DNA of 64,000 nucleotides from an uncultured delta proteobacterium (GTDB lineage: Bacteria > Bdellovibrionota > FAC87 > UBA2466): NCBI GenBank assembly GCA_963778115.1, contig CAVZSV010000005.1, positions 128,001 to 192,000 of the forward strand. The letters run 5' to 3'. Of this stretch, positions 29,315-39,139 are shown one piece after another. How positions within the stretch are numbered: the first letter of the stretch is position 1; each line of letters starts with the position of its first letter. The translations under genes and the position numbers were made by a program. Below the pieces are notes generated by a model that ran no database searches, had not been told where the DNA came from, and saw only the letters and a program-made list of their open reading frames with translations.

Positions 29315-30083
29315 TTTAGCGGTACGGCGGGATGGGGGGATCGTCATCGCGACGATCAATCGGCCCGACAAGATGAATGCGCTGAACAAAGATTATTTTG
29401 ATGAACTCAAGCGCTTGGTCGACGTGCTTGAAACCGACAAAACTGCTAGGGCCCTAATTATAACGGGGGCCGGGGAAAAGGCCTTCTGTGTGGGGGCAGA
29501 TCTGAAAGAACGTCAGGGGATGAACGAGAAGGACGTCCTGGTTCGACTCGATTTTGTAAGAAATCTGGGGCTTAGATTAGAACGCATTCCCGTTCCCGTG
29601 ATTGCCGCCATTAACGGATCGGCATTAGGGGGCGGACTGGAATTAGCCCTTACTTGCGATTTGCGAGTAGCGGCCGAGAACGCAACTTTAGGATTGCCGG
29701 AGGTTGATTTGGGAATCATTCCTGGCAATGGCGGCACTCAGAGGTTGGCTCGGGTCGTGGGATTACCGAAAGCGCTGGAACTTGTGTTACTAGCCAAAAG
29801 GCTTACGGCCGCGGAAGCGCTTCATATAGGGCTCGTCAATGTAGTAGTTCCGACCGGGCAAGCCTTAAACCAAGCGATGACCTGGGCGACGAAGATCTCG
29901 GAGGCCGGTCCCATTGCGATTCGCCAGGCGAAATCCGCGGTACGTTTAGGCTATGAAAGAATTCTGGAAGAAGGGCTAAGCCTTGAGATCGAGCTTTATA
30001 AAGCTTGTCTGTATTCGAAGGACCGCCTTGAAGGGTTAAAAGCGTTTTCGGAAAAGCGGAAGGCCGTTTACCGAGGAGAGTAG
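29301..30083 (+). CDS. Enoyl-CoA hydratase (probable methylglutaconyl-CoA hydratase)
   Basis: NRPDKMNAL, FCVGADLKER, GGGLELAL.CD, PEVDLGIIPG.GGTQRL, DRLEGL.AF.EKR. Confidence 0.92.
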   Translation: MASTSLAVRRDGGIVIATINRPDKMNALNKDYFDELKRLVDVLETDKTARALIITGAGEKAFCVGADLKERQGMNEKDVLVRLDFVRNLGLRLERIPVPVIAAINGSALGGGLELALTCDLRVAAENATLGLPEVDLGIIPGNGGTQRLARVVGLPKALELVLLAKRLTAAEALHIGLVNVVVPTGQALNQAMTWATKISEAGPIAIRQAKSAVRLGYERILEEGLSLEIELYKACLYSKDRLEGLKAFSEKRKAVYRGE

Positions 30084-31601
30084 ATGATCGAAGTTAAAAC
30101 GAAATCAGACGAACTAAAAAAGGGTGGAGAGGCTAAGTACCACGAGAAAAACACCGAAAGTGGAAAGCTCTTTGCTCGAGAACGAATTGCAGCTCTGTGC
30201 GATAAAGACAGTTTTGTCGAAGACGGACTCTTCGCTAATGCGACGGCGGGGGGACTTCCCTCGGACGGGGTCATCACAGGTACTGGAAGAATCTCAGGCC
30301 GTGCCGTGGCACTGATGGCAAACGATTCGACGGTGAAAGCAGGCTCGTGGGGCGAACGAACGGTGGAAAAGATCCTCCGTATCCAGGAGACGGCAAGTCA
30401 TTTGGAAATCCCGATGTTTTATCTCGTAGACAGCGCGGGAGCCAGGATCACCGATCAAGTGGATATGTTTCCCGGCCGAAGAGGGGCGGGAAAGATCTTC
30501 TATTACCAGTCCAACCTTTCGGGGAGAATTCCCCAGATTTGCCTTCTTTTCGGTCCCTCGGCGGCAGGGGGCGCCTACATCCCGGCCTTTTGTGATGTGG
30601 TCTTTATGGTGGAAGGCAATGCCAGCATGTATTTGGGATCTCCTCGTATGGCCGAAACGGTCATTGGCGAGAAAGTAACCTTAGAGGAGATGGGTGGGGC
30701 TCGAATGCATTGCACTCAAAGCGGCTGCGGTGACTTTCTGATGAAATCAGAAAGCGAAGCTATCGAAGGGGCCAAACGCTACTTGTCGTATTTGCCGCAG
30801 AACTACCGTGGGGAGCCCCTGGCGAAAGCTCCGGCAGCTCCCGAGAGATCCGGGACTGGTTTAAGGGCTTTGATTCCGGAGTCGCCCGCGCGTGCTTACG
30901 ATATGTTGCAAGTCATTAAGACTATCGTGGACGCGGGAAGTTTTTTTGAGATTAAAGAGAATTACGCCAAAGAGATCCTGACGGGCTTTGCGAGACTAGA
31001 AGGAAAGACGCTAGGTATTTTGGCTAATCAACCCATGCAAAAAGGCGGAGTCCTTTTCGCGGAATCGGCTAATAAGGCGGCCCGCTTTATTCAGATTTGC
31101 GATGCTTTTCATATCCCGCTTCTTTTTGTCGCGGATGTTCCGGGCTTTATGATTGGCTCCAAGGTGGAAAAGGAAGGCATTATTCGCGCGGGGGCTAAGA
31201 TGATTTACGCGTTATCCAATGCCCGGGTTCCCAAGATTTCTCTTATTGTCCGCAAAGCTTTTGGAGCGGGCCTTTATGCGATGGCGGGGCCGGCGTTTGA
31301 ATCGTGTGCGGTACTTGCCCTTCCGACCGCACAAATTGCGGTCATGGGGCCGGAGCCTGCGATCAATGCCGTGTATTACAATAAGATCCAGGCCCTTCCC
31401 GAGGAACAGCGAAAGAAGTTTGTTCAGGATAAGATTGTCGAATACCAAAAAGATGTCGATTTAGAGCGTTTGGCTTCGGAGCTAATTATCGACGATATTG
31501 TGGACTTTCCTGATGTGCGGAAGGTACTAGCGCATCGATTTGCTTTTGCCGCGGAATCGCGTTCGAGTAGTGATAGGGCTCCGGGAATCTTACCGATGTA
31601 A
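30084..31601 (+). CDS. Acyl-CoA carboxylase carboxyltransferase subunit (methylcrotonyl-CoA carboxylase beta-like)
   Basis: ARERI, DGVITG.G, ANDSTVKAGSWG, DSAGARI, AAGGAY.P, GGARMH, DVPGFMIG, RKAFGAG. Confidence 0.93.
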   Translation: MIEVKTKSDELKKGGEAKYHEKNTESGKLFARERIAALCDKDSFVEDGLFANATAGGLPSDGVITGTGRISGRAVALMANDSTVKAGSWGERTVEKILRIQETASHLEIPMFYLVDSAGARITDQVDMFPGRRGAGKIFYYQSNLSGRIPQICLLFGPSAAGGAYIPAFCDVVFMVEGNASMYLGSPRMAETVIGEKVTLEEMGGARMHCTQSGCGDFLMKSESEAIEGAKRYLSYLPQNYRGEPLAKAPAAPERSGTGLRALIPESPARAYDMLQVIKTIVDAGSFFEIKENYAKEILTGFARLEGKTLGILANQPMQKGGVLFAESANKAARFIQICDAFHIPLLFVADVPGFMIGSKVEKEGIIRAGAKMIYALSNARVPKISLIVRKAFGAGLYAMAGPAFESCAVLALPTAQIAVMGPEPAINAVYYNKIQALPEEQRKKFVQDKIVEYQKDVDLERLASELIIDDIVDFPDVRKVLAHRFAFAAESRSSSDRAPGILPM

Positions 31602-31629
31602 ATCACTGTCGATGCAATGACAGACTTTT

Positions 31630-32226
31630 CTAGTGCTTTTTCACCACGAGATTGATGGCATCACGTATATGTGAGGTCGTGGGATCTATTGAGACAGAAA
31701 GCTTTGCGGCTTGAGCCTTAAGTAAGACGTAACGGATAACTTCTAAAGTACGCAGTCCTTGTTCTGTAGGTGAACCCTCTCCCATTCCAACTCCTCTAAT
31801 GTCTCCCTGTTCGGTAGGATAGATATAGACCTTATTTGTGGATGAATCAGTGACCTCGTATCGCTGCGAAAGTAGCGTGACTGATACCTTTGCGGGATCC
31901 GTAATTTCAAAGGGCACCGCTCCGGCGGCCATGACCGTAAAGATTAGTTTTCGGTCAGTGCTAATTTCGATAGGGTAGTGAGCTCCCCGACACCGGTCCA
32001 CCGTGGCGTCGAACTCAGTGATAGCGCTTTGCAAAGCATTGACAGAGAGACCTTCACCGATCCAGGTATTTGCCTTTCGACCGTCAATAAAGAATTCGAT
32101 GTGATTTCGAAAGCCCAAACCATCGACCACTTTAAAGGAAAGCGTAGAGGTCGGAGGGACCGTGATCGTTGCTGCGTTTAGCACTCCTACTACCATCAAA
32201 AAAATAAATCCCACCACGGTTCGCAT
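31630..32226 (-). CDS. Secreted hypothetical protein
   Basis: 198-aa ORF with GAGGAG RBS and signal peptide (..VLNA). Confidence 0.65.
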   Translation of the reverse strand: MRTVVGFIFLMVVGVLNAATITVPPTSTLSFKVVDGLGFRNHIEFFIDGRKANTWIGEGLSVNALQSAITEFDATVDRCRGAHYPIEISTDRKLIFTVMAAGAVPFEITDPAKVSVTLLSQRYEVTDSSTNKVYIYPTEQGDIRGVGMGEGSPTEQGLRTLEVIRYVLLKAQAAKLSVSIDPTTSHIRDAINLVVKKH

Positions 32227-32341
32227 ATTTACTTCTCCTCGATTTTAGAACGAATGCAATAACAAGACTGAGGAAAAAGTTCAATAGGAGGTAGAAAAGG
32301 GCTTATGAAAATCAATATTTAGAGTAGGGAAGGGGTTAAAC

Positions 32342-33250
32342 TCAGCGCAGATCGAGCGGAGCCTTAGCTCTTCCCACGAAAGTGACTAGCACTACTAAGG
32401 TAATGAGATAAGGCATCGCTTGGATGAGTTGTACGGGAAAGGTCTGACCAAAAAGTGAAACTCCCTGCAGCTGAATCTGAAGCGCATCGGCGAATCCAAA
32501 TATCAAGCATGCTCCTAGTGTCGGAAGAGGTTTCCATTTTCCAAAGATAAGTGCCGTAAGTGCGATAAAACCTCGCCCTGCGGTCATGTCACGCGTGAAT
32601 TGGCTGCCATGAGACGTCGAGAGATAGATCCCTCCCAAAGAGGCTAGAACACCACCGGCCAGCATCGCTTGGTAGCGGATGCGATTAGGCGAAACGCCGG
32701 CAGTGGCAAGCGCCTCAGGCGCGTCTCCCGCCGCATTCATTCGAAGTCCACTTCGGGTTCGGTAAATCCAAAAGTGCAAAAAGAGGGGCAACAAGAAAGC
32801 TAGATAGACCAGCGGGAACTGATCGAAAAGTAACGGGCCTATAAAAGGAATGTCTTTGAGGCCTGGAATTGCCCAGTGCTGAAAACGTTGATCCATGGGG
32901 ATAGACGGAGTGTTTGTCGTTCCTCCAAAAAGTACCTTGGTCATAAGCGGGGTAATACCGGCGCAGAAAATATTAACGGCAACTCCACTGACGATCCGAT
33001 TCGCACGTGCGGTAATCGACAAAAAGGCGTGGCCCATCATAGCGAGCGCGCCGGCGACGCAACCCGCTAGTAAACCCAGCCAGGGGCTACCCGTATAAAA
33101 ATTAATGGTGGCACTAGTCCAAGCCGCCATTAGCATGACCCCCTCAAGACAAATCGTGGCCACACCCGTGCGTTCGCACAAAAGGCCCCCCAATGCCGCA
33201 AATAGAAGTGGGGTAGAGAGTCTAAGGGCCGAGGCGAGAAGGGCCGTCAT
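32342..33250 (-). CDS. Nucleoside/sugar ABC transporter permease (NupC-like)
   Basis: TPLLFAALGG...ERTG....LEG.M, GLR..AAG..P.A..TAG, GRGFIAL.ALIFGKW.P, PYLITL. Confidence 0.92.
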   Translation of the reverse strand: MTALLASALRLSTPLLFAALGGLLCERTGVATICLEGVMLMAAWTSATINFYTGSPWLGLLAGCVAGALAMMGHAFLSITARANRIVSGVAVNIFCAGITPLMTKVLFGGTTNTPSIPMDQRFQHWAIPGLKDIPFIGPLLFDQFPLVYLAFLLPLFLHFWIYRTRSGLRMNAAGDAPEALATAGVSPNRIRYQAMLAGGVLASLGGIYLSTSHGSQFTRDMTAGRGFIALTALIFGKWKPLPTLGACLIFGFADALQIQLQGVSLFGQTFPVQLIQAMPYLITLVVLVTFVGRAKAPLDLR

Positions 33251-34305
33251 GGTTTCGCCCCTTTGAGCTGTCTACTCTTAAGCAATCGATTCACCAGATA
33301 TTCGGCCGCGACAAAAGCGATGAGAACCCCTTGAATCACGAAGGACAGCTCTTTGGAGACTCTATCGCTTAGAAATTCGATCTCTCGGCTGCTTGTTTGA
33401 AGTCCCCCAAAAAGAACGGCCGAGATGATGATGGCAATGGGGTTATTCTTAGCGATGAGAGCAACCGCAATTCCCGTAAATCCGTAACCGGGTGAAAAGC
33501 CTTGGAGCACTTTGTGTTGGTTCCCCATCACCTCGTTCACGCCCACAAGACCCGCCAGTCCGCCGCTAAGAGCCAGTGCCGTAACTGTTATCTTCTTGAC
33601 GGAAATTCCGGCAAATCGGGCCGCAGTCGCATTGAGTCCGACACTCCGCAACTCATAACCCCACGTCGTGCGGTATAGAAAAAACCAGGTGGCGATGGAA
33701 ACCGCCACCATGAGGACAATGGAATAATTGGCGGGGGTTGTGGGAAGAAAAACAATGTTAGCAATTTCATAAGCAGGAGGAACAGGAAGAGTTTCCGTGT
33801 TTTGAGTTTGCGGATTTCGCAGTGGATAGAGCAACAAATAATCGACGAGAGAAACCGCTATAAAGTTAAGCAGAATCGTGACGATCACCTCATGGCTGCC
33901 ACGCCAGGCCTTCAAAATTCCGGCGATGGCTCCCCACAAAGCGCCGGCTGCAAAAGCCGCTATTATTCCTACGGGGATCGCAAGAAAAGGAGGAAGAAAG
34001 GGTAGGCTGCGGCTAACAATGACTACCGCAATGCTTCCGATATAGAGTTGCCCTTCCGCTCCGATATTAAAAAGGCCGGCCTTGAAACTCAACGCTACAC
34101 TTAGGCCCGTGGCAATGAGAGGGGTAGCATAAAACAGGGCATAGCCAATTCCGAAGGGCTTTAGAAAAGTATTTCCGAAGGCCCGTACGAGCAGCCAAGG
34201 ATCTTCTCCGGTGCAGGTCAAAAATATCGAACAGACGATAAGCGCAAAGAGAATTCCCAAAGAGGGGGAGCGCAGAGCCTTGAGTAGGCGCCGCAGATGG
34301 ATCAT
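33247..34305 (-). CDS. Nucleoside/sugar ABC transporter permease (NupB-like)
   Basis: GLFNIGAEGQ, HEVIVTILLN, GYELR.VG.N..AARFAG, GFTGIAVAL. Confidence 0.92.
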   Translation of the reverse strand: MIHLRRLLKALRSPSLGILFALIVCSIFLTCTGEDPWLLVRAFGNTFLKPFGIGYALFYATPLIATGLSVALSFKAGLFNIGAEGQLYIGSIAVVIVSRSLPFLPPFLAIPVGIIAAFAAGALWGAIAGILKAWRGSHEVIVTILLNFIAVSLVDYLLLYPLRNPQTQNTETLPVPPAYEIANIVFLPTTPANYSIVLMVAVSIATWFFLYRTTWGYELRSVGLNATAARFAGISVKKITVTALALSGGLAGLVGVNEVMGNQHKVLQGFSPGYGFTGIAVALIAKNNPIAIIISAVLFGGLQTSSREIEFLSDRVSKELSFVIQGVLIAFVAAEYLVNRLLKSRQLKGAKP

Positions 34306-35834
34306 AGGCTACCCCCCGTCATCCATAAGCCTATTTGCGATTCATCGGCATTTTCCCGGCTGACTTCACCAGTAATCTTGCCATCGAAAAACACGATGAT
34401 TCGATCGGACAGGGCTAGAATCTCTTCGAGTTCCGAGGAGAAAAGAACGATGGAAGTCCCTTCATTGCGAAGTCGTAAAAAAAGAGCGTGAATGAATTCA
34501 ATCGCGCCAATATCCACTCCACGCGTCGGGTAGGCGGCTACCAAGAGTTTGAGCGAGTGTGCTGTTTCTCTTCCGATGACAACCTTTTGTTGATTGCCTC
34601 CGGAAAGCCCTCCTATCTTTCGACGAGTGTCTCTCGGCCGGATATCGAAAGTTTCAGCCATGTTGTCGCTAAAGGCCGCGATGCGCGATTGAGAGAGCCA
34701 CGCACCTCGGGGGCCTCGAGTGAATTGTGGCTCTCTATGATGTCCCAAGATGACATTTTCGCGGACACTAAAAGCGGGGACGATGGCTTCACGGTAGCGA
34801 TCGGGAGCTATAAGTCCCAGCCCGTGTTGCCGGGAATCGTAAGTATTCTTGCCTTCGAGCTTATCTCCCGAAAGAAGAATACTCCCTTCGTTCGGTCGCA
34901 AGAGGTTCGCTAGGCATTCGATGAGCTCCTGTTGGCCGTTTCCGCTAACTCCGGCGACCCCCAGGATCTCTCCTGCTTTCACTTGAAAAGAGATCCCGTC
35001 CAGAATTCGCTTATGCTCCTGAGTAACGACCAGATCTTTGACCTCTAAAGTGGTCTCCCCCCGAACCGGGGGACGGGTTACAGGAAGCGGCCGTAACTTT
35101 CGCCCCACGATAAGTTCCGCGAGTCCCGTCTCGTTTAGCCCTTTGGTTGCGATGGTACTCACTACCTTGCTCTGGCGCATGACCGTAATGGTTTGTGTGA
35201 GATCTAAGATCTCTTTTAGCTTGTGAGAGATTAGCACGATGGTCTTTCCCGCCTCCCAGAGGTGTCTTAATCGTGCAAACAGGACCGTAACCTCTTGGGG
35301 GGTAAGGACTGCAGTGGGTTCGTCCAGAATCAAAATCTCGGCTTTGCGATAAAGGAGTTTTAAGATCTCTACCTGTTGCTGAAGGCCGACGGGAAGGGCC
35401 TCTACTTTGGTGGTAAGGTCTAGCCCGAAGCCAAAGCTCCTTTGCAAGGCGTCTAGTTGGGCACAAATCGCTTTTTCGTCGAGGATAAATTGGGGTTCGA
35501 TTCCAAGCACGATGTTCTGCCATACGGGTAAGGTGGGGACCAGCATGAAATGCTGATGGACCATGCCGATCCCTAATCCGATAGCAATATGAGGATTGGC
35601 TATTTTGACCACTTGGTTGCGAACCGAAAGTTCACCTGAGTCGGGAGGGAAAAGGCCATAGACGATCTTCATCGCCGTTGATTTGCCAGCCCCATTTTCA
35701 CCGACAACACCGTGAAGGCTATTGCTCTTTACGGTAAACGAGACGTCATCGTTGGCAACGAGTTGATCGAAGCGTTTAGATATGTTCCGTAAGGAAAAGG
35801 CTTCTGAGATGCTAGAGGAGAATTCCTCGGCCAT
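34302..35834 (-). CDS. Nucleoside/sugar ABC transporter ATP-binding protein (two NBDs, NupA-like)
   Basis: GENGAGKST, GMVHQHFML, LDEPTAVL, LSGGNQQK, PTRGVDIGA. Confidence 0.95.
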   Translation of the reverse strand: MAEEFSSSISEAFSLRNISKRFDQLVANDDVSFTVKSNSLHGVVGENGAGKSTAMKIVYGLFPPDSGELSVRNQVVKIANPHIAIGLGIGMVHQHFMLVPTLPVWQNIVLGIEPQFILDEKAICAQLDALQRSFGFGLDLTTKVEALPVGLQQQVEILKLLYRKAEILILDEPTAVLTPQEVTVLFARLRHLWEAGKTIVLISHKLKEILDLTQTITVMRQSKVVSTIATKGLNETGLAELIVGRKLRPLPVTRPPVRGETTLEVKDLVVTQEHKRILDGISFQVKAGEILGVAGVSGNGQQELIECLANLLRPNEGSILLSGDKLEGKNTYDSRQHGLGLIAPDRYREAIVPAFSVRENVILGHHREPQFTRGPRGAWLSQSRIAAFSDNMAETFDIRPRDTRRKIGGLSGGNQQKVVIGRETAHSLKLLVAAYPTRGVDIGAIEFIHALFLRLRNEGTSIVLFSSELEEILALSDRIIVFFDGKITGEVSRENADESQIGLWMTGGSL

Positions 35835-35837
35835 GGT

Positions 35838-36857
35838 TTACGACTTAGATTGTTGGTAATAGTCGGGAACTTTTATCTTTCCCTTGATTATCTCTTCTTT
35901 GAGCTCCTTTACCCTCGACAAAACCGCCGGTGGTAACAGGGGGCGATTGAATTCATCCACCGCAAAGTCAATGGATCCTTCCTTGAGTCCAAACTCATGA
36001 CTTCCGGATTCAAATTTTCCTTGGACCGTCTTTTCGATCGTGTCGTAAACTCCGTAATCGAGGTGTTTGAGCATGCTAGTCAGCACGCGTCCCGGTTTGA
36101 CTCCATTTTGATTGGAGTCGCAACCGATGACGTATTTCTTTAACTCTTCGGCCGCGTCGAATACACCCATGCCAGAGGCTCCGGCCGGAGCAAATATGAC
36201 ATCGGCTTTTCGGTTGTACTGGCTAACGGCTAACTCTTTTCCTTTGGTGGGATCCCGCCAGGCTTCCGAAGTGGAGCCCACGTAGTTAACCAGAGTCTGA
36301 GTGGTTGGACTTACTTGCTTGACTCCAGCGCGATAGCCAATTTCAAAACGACGAATCAGAGGAATGTCCATTCCTCCAATAAAGCCCACCGTTTTACTTT
36401 TGCTGGTGAGTGCTGAAATCGCACCCACAAGGAAAGCCCCTTCTTGTTCCTTGAAACTAATCGATCGAACGTTGGGACCAGAGCCTTGAGCATCTACGAT
36501 GAGAAACTTAATCTTAGGAAAGTCTTTGGCCACTTTGGTAATGGGCTCCGCCATGACAAAACCGATTCCAATGATGAGATCAAAATCATGTTCGGCGAAC
36601 GTTCTTAGGGAGGCCTCAATAGAGGCGTCGTCCGAAGATTCGACGGTCTTTAAAGTAATTCCCAGTTTCTTCTGGGCTTCGGTAGCCCCTTTATAGGCAG
36701 AAGCATTAAAGGACTTGTCGTCCCGGCCTCCCTTATCCAAGACGAGTCCCACCTTAAGAGGTGCTGCGTGACTCACTACCCCGAGTAGGAGCCCAAGACC
36801 TAACATTAGCTTAGACAAAACCGTAAACCCACGAATCCTTAGCGAAACCCAAGTCAT
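35838..36857 (-). CDS. BMP-family ABC substrate-binding protein (purine nucleoside receptor-like)
   Basis: GGRDDKSFN, F.EQEGAFL.G, GFIGGMDIP.I.RF, DP.KGKE.A, AGASG.G, IG.DSNQ, LTSMLK. Confidence 0.93.
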   Translation of the reverse strand: MTWVSLRIRGFTVLSKLMLGLGLLLGVVSHAAPLKVGLVLDKGGRDDKSFNASAYKGATEAQKKLGITLKTVESSDDASIEASLRTFAEHDFDLIIGIGFVMAEPITKVAKDFPKIKFLIVDAQGSGPNVRSISFKEQEGAFLVGAISALTSKSKTVGFIGGMDIPLIRRFEIGYRAGVKQVSPTTQTLVNYVGSTSEAWRDPTKGKELAVSQYNRKADVIFAPAGASGMGVFDAAEELKKYVIGCDSNQNGVKPGRVLTSMLKHLDYGVYDTIEKTVQGKFESGSHEFGLKEGSIDFAVDEFNRPLLPPAVLSRVKELKEEIIKGKIKVPDYYQQSKS

Positions 36858-36937
36858 CTAAGTATCCTTCTTTGTTAAATTTTGGAGTACCCACTTTAGC
36901 CGCCAAGACAAGGTGAGGCGGTGTTCCAGCCAATAGG

Positions 36938-36966
36938 ACAGTAGGTAAGACGTGCGTGGCCGTCAA
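36938..36966 (-). promoter_or_regulatory. Candidate sigma70 promoter of the BMP/Nup operon
   Basis: Minus strand TTGACG-N17-TACTGT, about 80 nt upstream of the start. Confidence 0.5.
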
Positions 36967-36985
36967 GCCTGACGTAAAAACACAG

Positions 36986-37035
36986 AAAGGTACGGCCTAC
37001 CTTCTTGTAGGTACAGGAAGGTAGGCCGTACCTTT
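36986..37035 (-). terminator. Long hairpin terminator (probably bidirectional)
   Basis: AAAGGTACGGCCTACCTTC-N12-GAAGGTAGGCCGTACCTTT, a perfect 19-bp stem 5 nt after the stop at 37041, with T-rich flanks. Confidence 0.8.
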
Positions 37036-37040
37036 TTGGG

Positions 37041-37460
37041 TTAGGTTTCTTCTTCAATCGGATCGTCTTCCCAGTTTCGACTATCTTCGACAGGGCTTCC
37101 TTTGATGTCAGAGACACCACCCTCATTTCTACCAAGACCTCCTCCAGCGGCTCGGCCGATTACGGCGTCTTGAAATTCAGCGCTATCAAGATCTTCTCGA
37201 AATTGAGGAGATTGAGGGTTGGCGAGATCACTGGGTGAAGTGGAGGTGGCATCATCGGTTCCCTCCCACCCCCCAGGAATGACATCATGGTCAAATTCTC
37301 CTGTCGCACTCCCTACGATCTCTCCTAGCTCGTCCTCCCGGGGATCGTTATCCAGCACTAGCGGGGAGTAGGAATCGTTGTGCTTGTGTTTGCGGTGGTG
37401 GTTGGGGCCTCGTGGGGAGAGGCGTCTGTCGTCTTCCAAGGGTTTACGGTATGCCTTCAT
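37041..37460 (-). CDS. Acidic, probably disordered hypothetical protein
   Basis: AAGGAGG RBS, its own sigma54 promoter and terminator; basic/His N-terminus and strongly Asp/Glu-rich body. Confidence 0.75.
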   Translation of the reverse strand: MKAYRKPLEDDRRLSPRGPNHHRKHKHNDSYSPLVLDNDPREDELGEIVGSATGEFDHDVIPGGWEGTDDATSTSPSDLANPQSPQFREDLDSAEFQDAVIGRAAGGGLGRNEGGVSDIKGSPVEDSRNWEDDPIEEET

Positions 37461-37508
37461 TGTCGTTCCTCCTTATGCCTTTCAAAGTCGAGTCATGACT
37501 TTTATCTG

Positions 37509-37524
37509 AGCAAGGCGTGTGCCA
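37509..37524 (-). promoter_or_regulatory. Sigma54 -24/-12 promoter
   Basis: Minus strand TGGCACACGCCTTGCT, a near-perfect TGGCAC-N5-TTGCW, 48 nt upstream of the ATG at 37460. Confidence 0.75.
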
Positions 37525-37637
37525 CGCTTCAGCCGCTGGTTTGTGCCTGATAAGACAGGAAGGTATTGCAGTTTTCCACAGATAGGTGTGCGAACTGCCT
37601 CTTTGCTGCGCAATTTCTTGGAGGGCTCGGCCGTGTT

Positions 37638-38399
37638 ATGCTTACGCGGATGTCGGAAAATCTTTCGCAAGCTCCGCTTCTCATCTTAGATCGAGTTTCC
37701 CTAAGCTTCCCCGCAGGGGTAACGGCTCTGAGTGAAGTGAGTTTGTCGCTAGATTCAGGTGAGGTCTTGGCGGTTCTGGGGCCCAGTGGATCGGGAAAGA
37801 CGACACTTCTCAAAGTCATGGCTGGTCTTCTTGTGCCCCAATCAGGGACGGTGCGCAAAAATGGGGAGCGTTCCCCCTTTCGTTTAGGGATGACTTTTCA
37901 AAATTCGGGGATTTTCGATTCGATGACCTGTTTTGAAAATTTAGAGATCGTACTTCGAGAATGGGGGGTCGCTCGTCAAGAACGTAAAGAGAGGATAGCG
38001 GCCGCTCTCGAAGAGGTGGGGCTTTCCGGTTCTGATAGCCTGTATCCCCATCAAATCAGCGGTGGAATGAAAAAACGATTAGGCATCGCGCGATCGTTAC
38101 TCTTAAAGCCCAACGTGGTGCTTTACGACGATCCCACGGCAGGCCTAGATCCGGTAACCTCCCGCTCCATCTGTGATCTTATCGAAACCACCCGAAAGTT
38201 AAGAGGCACTACGATCGTCCTAGTTACCAGTGACTTGGCCCAAGCGATTCGCATTAGTGGGCGCATCGCTTTTCTACACCGAGGCCAATTGCTTGAAGCG
38301 GGAACCACAGAGGCTATCCGAAACAGCCGTAATCCCGTGGTACATCAATTTATGCATGGCCTCTTACGTGGACCGCTGACCGTGGGGACCAGCCTGTGA
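37638..38399 (+). CDS. mlaF: MlaF/Mkl-type ABC ATPase 1 (degenerate Walker B and H-loop)
   Basis: GPSGSGKTT, ISGGMKKR, LYDDPTAGLDPV, VTSDL, NPVVHQF..G...GP. The start codon is uncertain. Confidence 0.85.
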   Translation: MLTRMSENLSQAPLLILDRVSLSFPAGVTALSEVSLSLDSGEVLAVLGPSGSGKTTLLKVMAGLLVPQSGTVRKNGERSPFRLGMTFQNSGIFDSMTCFENLEIVLREWGVARQERKERIAAALEEVGLSGSDSLYPHQISGGMKKRLGIARSLLLKPNVVLYDDPTAGLDPVTSRSICDLIETTRKLRGTTIVLVTSDLAQAIRISGRIAFLHRGQLLEAGTTEAIRNSRNPVVHQFMHGLLRGPLTVGTSL

Positions 38400-39139
38400 T
38401 CCAGTTTAAATCGGTGTCCAAATCCTTCGGCGCAAAAGTAGTTCTCGATAATGTCTCTTTTTGTGTCGAAAAAGGCCAGATAGTCTTTGTCATCGGAAAG
38501 TCGGGTATGGGTAAATCGGTCATGCTTAAGAATATCGTGGGATTGCTGCGGCCCGATTCAGGGGAGATTTGGATCGAAGGCAGTGAGGTGACCCGCTATG
38601 GCGAAGCCCAATATTTGGACGTGCGAAAGCGTTGCGGGATGATCTTTCAAAATCCGGCCCTCTTGGATTTTTTGACCGTCTATGAAAACGTGGCGTTTGG
38701 ATTAAGGGCCCATCACATGGCTCTCGACAGGACGGGTATTGACCTATTGGTAAATCGGGCATTGGAGATGGTGAATCTCGAAAAATCCTGTTTGCAGCTA
38801 TTTCCTTCGCAACTCAGTTTTGGAATGCAAAAGCGAGTGAGCTTGGCAAGAACACTCGTCTTAAGACCCACTTATCTCTTATATGACGAGCCGACTACGG
38901 GACTCGATCCGGTTTCGACCCGAGCTATTAATCATCTGATCGAAAGGCTTTCCGACACTCTGGGAGTCACTTCCCTGGTGGTATCTCATGACATGGAGTG
39001 CGCTCTGGAAATCGCCGATCGCATTATCATGCTCGATGAGGGAAAAATACTAACCCAAGGATCGCCTTCGGAGCTTTTGGAGTGCCCGCTTGCTTTGGTT
39101 CAGGATTTTCTAAGAGAGGCTAAGGAGAGACGCTATTGA
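38396..39139 (+). CDS. mlaF: MlaF/Mkl-type ABC ATPase 2 (degenerate signature)
   Basis: GKSGMGKSV, LSFGMQKRV, LYDEPTTGLDP, VSHDM. Confidence 0.88.
   Translation: MIQFKSVSKSFGAKVVLDNVSFCVEKGQIVFVIGKSGMGKSVMLKNIVGLLRPDSGEIWIEGSEVTRYGEAQYLDVRKRCGMIFQNPALLDFLTVYENVAFGLRAHHMALDRTGIDLLVNRALEMVNLEKSCLQLFPSQLSFGMQKRVSLARTLVLRPTYLLYDEPTTGLDPVSTRAINHLIERLSDTLGVTSLVVSHDMECALEIADRIIMLDEGKILTQGSPSELLECPLALVQDFLREAKERRY

Noticed and set aside
36858..36935. Possible purine or preQ1 riboswitch ahead of the nucleoside transporter
   Set aside because: Only a short CCGCC/GGCGG stem is present; the conserved aptamer nucleotides were not found.
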